5,006 nt of DNA from sequence record Ga0182063_1681385. One strand, written 5' to 3'. Origin of the DNA: a metagenome. Below, one piece after another: positions 4,939-5,006 of the stretch; the first letter of the stretch is position 1; every line of letters starts with the position of its first letter. The notes beneath the pieces were generated by a model that ran no database searches, was not told where the DNA came from, and saw nothing but the letters and a program-made list of their open reading frames with translations. A program made the translations under genes and the position numbers.

Positions 4939-4944
4939 AAAAAA
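4938..4944 (-). terminator. RNA polymerase III terminator (T7 on minus strand) 2 nt downstream of tRNA-Met
   Basis: Plus-strand aaaaaaa at 4938..4944 gives the minus-strand reading ...AGTAGGC-A-GG-TTTTTTT. Confidence 0.7.
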
Positions 4945-4946
4945 CC

Positions 4947-5006
4947 TGCCTACTCTCTGACTTGAACAGAGGACCGACGGATTATGATTCCGTAGCTCTA
5001 ACCGAC
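4947..5006 (-). tRNA. tRNA-Met(CAU): Elongator-type tRNA-Met (anticodon CAU), partial. The 5' roughly 13 nt lie beyond the window end.
   Basis: The minus strand reads ...GTCGGTTA-GAGC-T-ACGGA-ATCATAA-TCCGT-CGGTC-CTCTG-TTCAAGT-CAGAG-AGTAGGC-A. The anticodon stem ACGGA/TCCGT and T stem CTCTG/CAGAG are each 5 bp. The loop has T33-CAT-A37. The T-loop TTCAAGT lacks the A54/A60 initiator signature, and there is no GGG/CCC anticodon stem, so this is an elongator type. The acceptor 5' strand is not visible. Confidence 0.8.

Noticed and set aside
1-5006. Search for prokaryote-style content: CRISPR repeats, defence operons, integrases or transposases, terminal inverted repeats, Shine-Dalgarno-linked gene clusters
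   Set aside because: None was found. There are no spaced direct repeats of 25-40 nt, no mobile-element ORFs and no co-directional operon. Both proteins belong to typically eukaryotic families (KRI1 exclusively), and the RNA genes carry eukaryotic Pol III features.

Overview
This window looks like gene-dense, GC-rich, apparently intron-free eukaryotic nuclear DNA. It is not a prokaryotic defence or accessory locus. Two protein genes are transcribed divergently from a short shared spacer of about 280 bp. One is a highly acidic, low-complexity KRI1-family ribosome-biogenesis protein on the minus strand (408..2912). The other is a canonical FAD-dependent squalene epoxidase/monooxygenase on the plus strand (3189..4772). 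The ORF-track start at 3111 is a GTG and is very unlikely to be used in a eukaryote. The gene pair is flanked by AT-richer spacers carrying RNA polymerase III genes. These are an intron-containing tRNA-Pro(CGG) (23..136, minus, 42-nt intron at the canonical 37/38 position, T6 terminator) and a tRNA-Met(CAU) cut by the window end (4947..5006, minus, T7 terminator). The least ordinary object is a perfectly canonical tRNA 3' half on the plus strand (4886..4915: T-arm, acceptor 3' strand and A73). It has no 5' half, D-arm or anticodon arm anywhere in the window. The compact intronless genes, GC-rich coding sequence, intron-bearing tRNA and half-tRNA resemble picoplanktonic green algae of the Mamiellophyceae type (Ostreococcus/Micromonas). 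That assignment is inference only. I see no CRISPR array, transposon, integrase or operon-like system, and I do not think the window supports a claim of a novel multi-gene system. The findings are tRNA-gene architecture oddities, coding microsatellites and palindromic candidate regulatory sites. All other long ORFs in the six-frame track are antisense or out-of-frame shadows of the two real genes.
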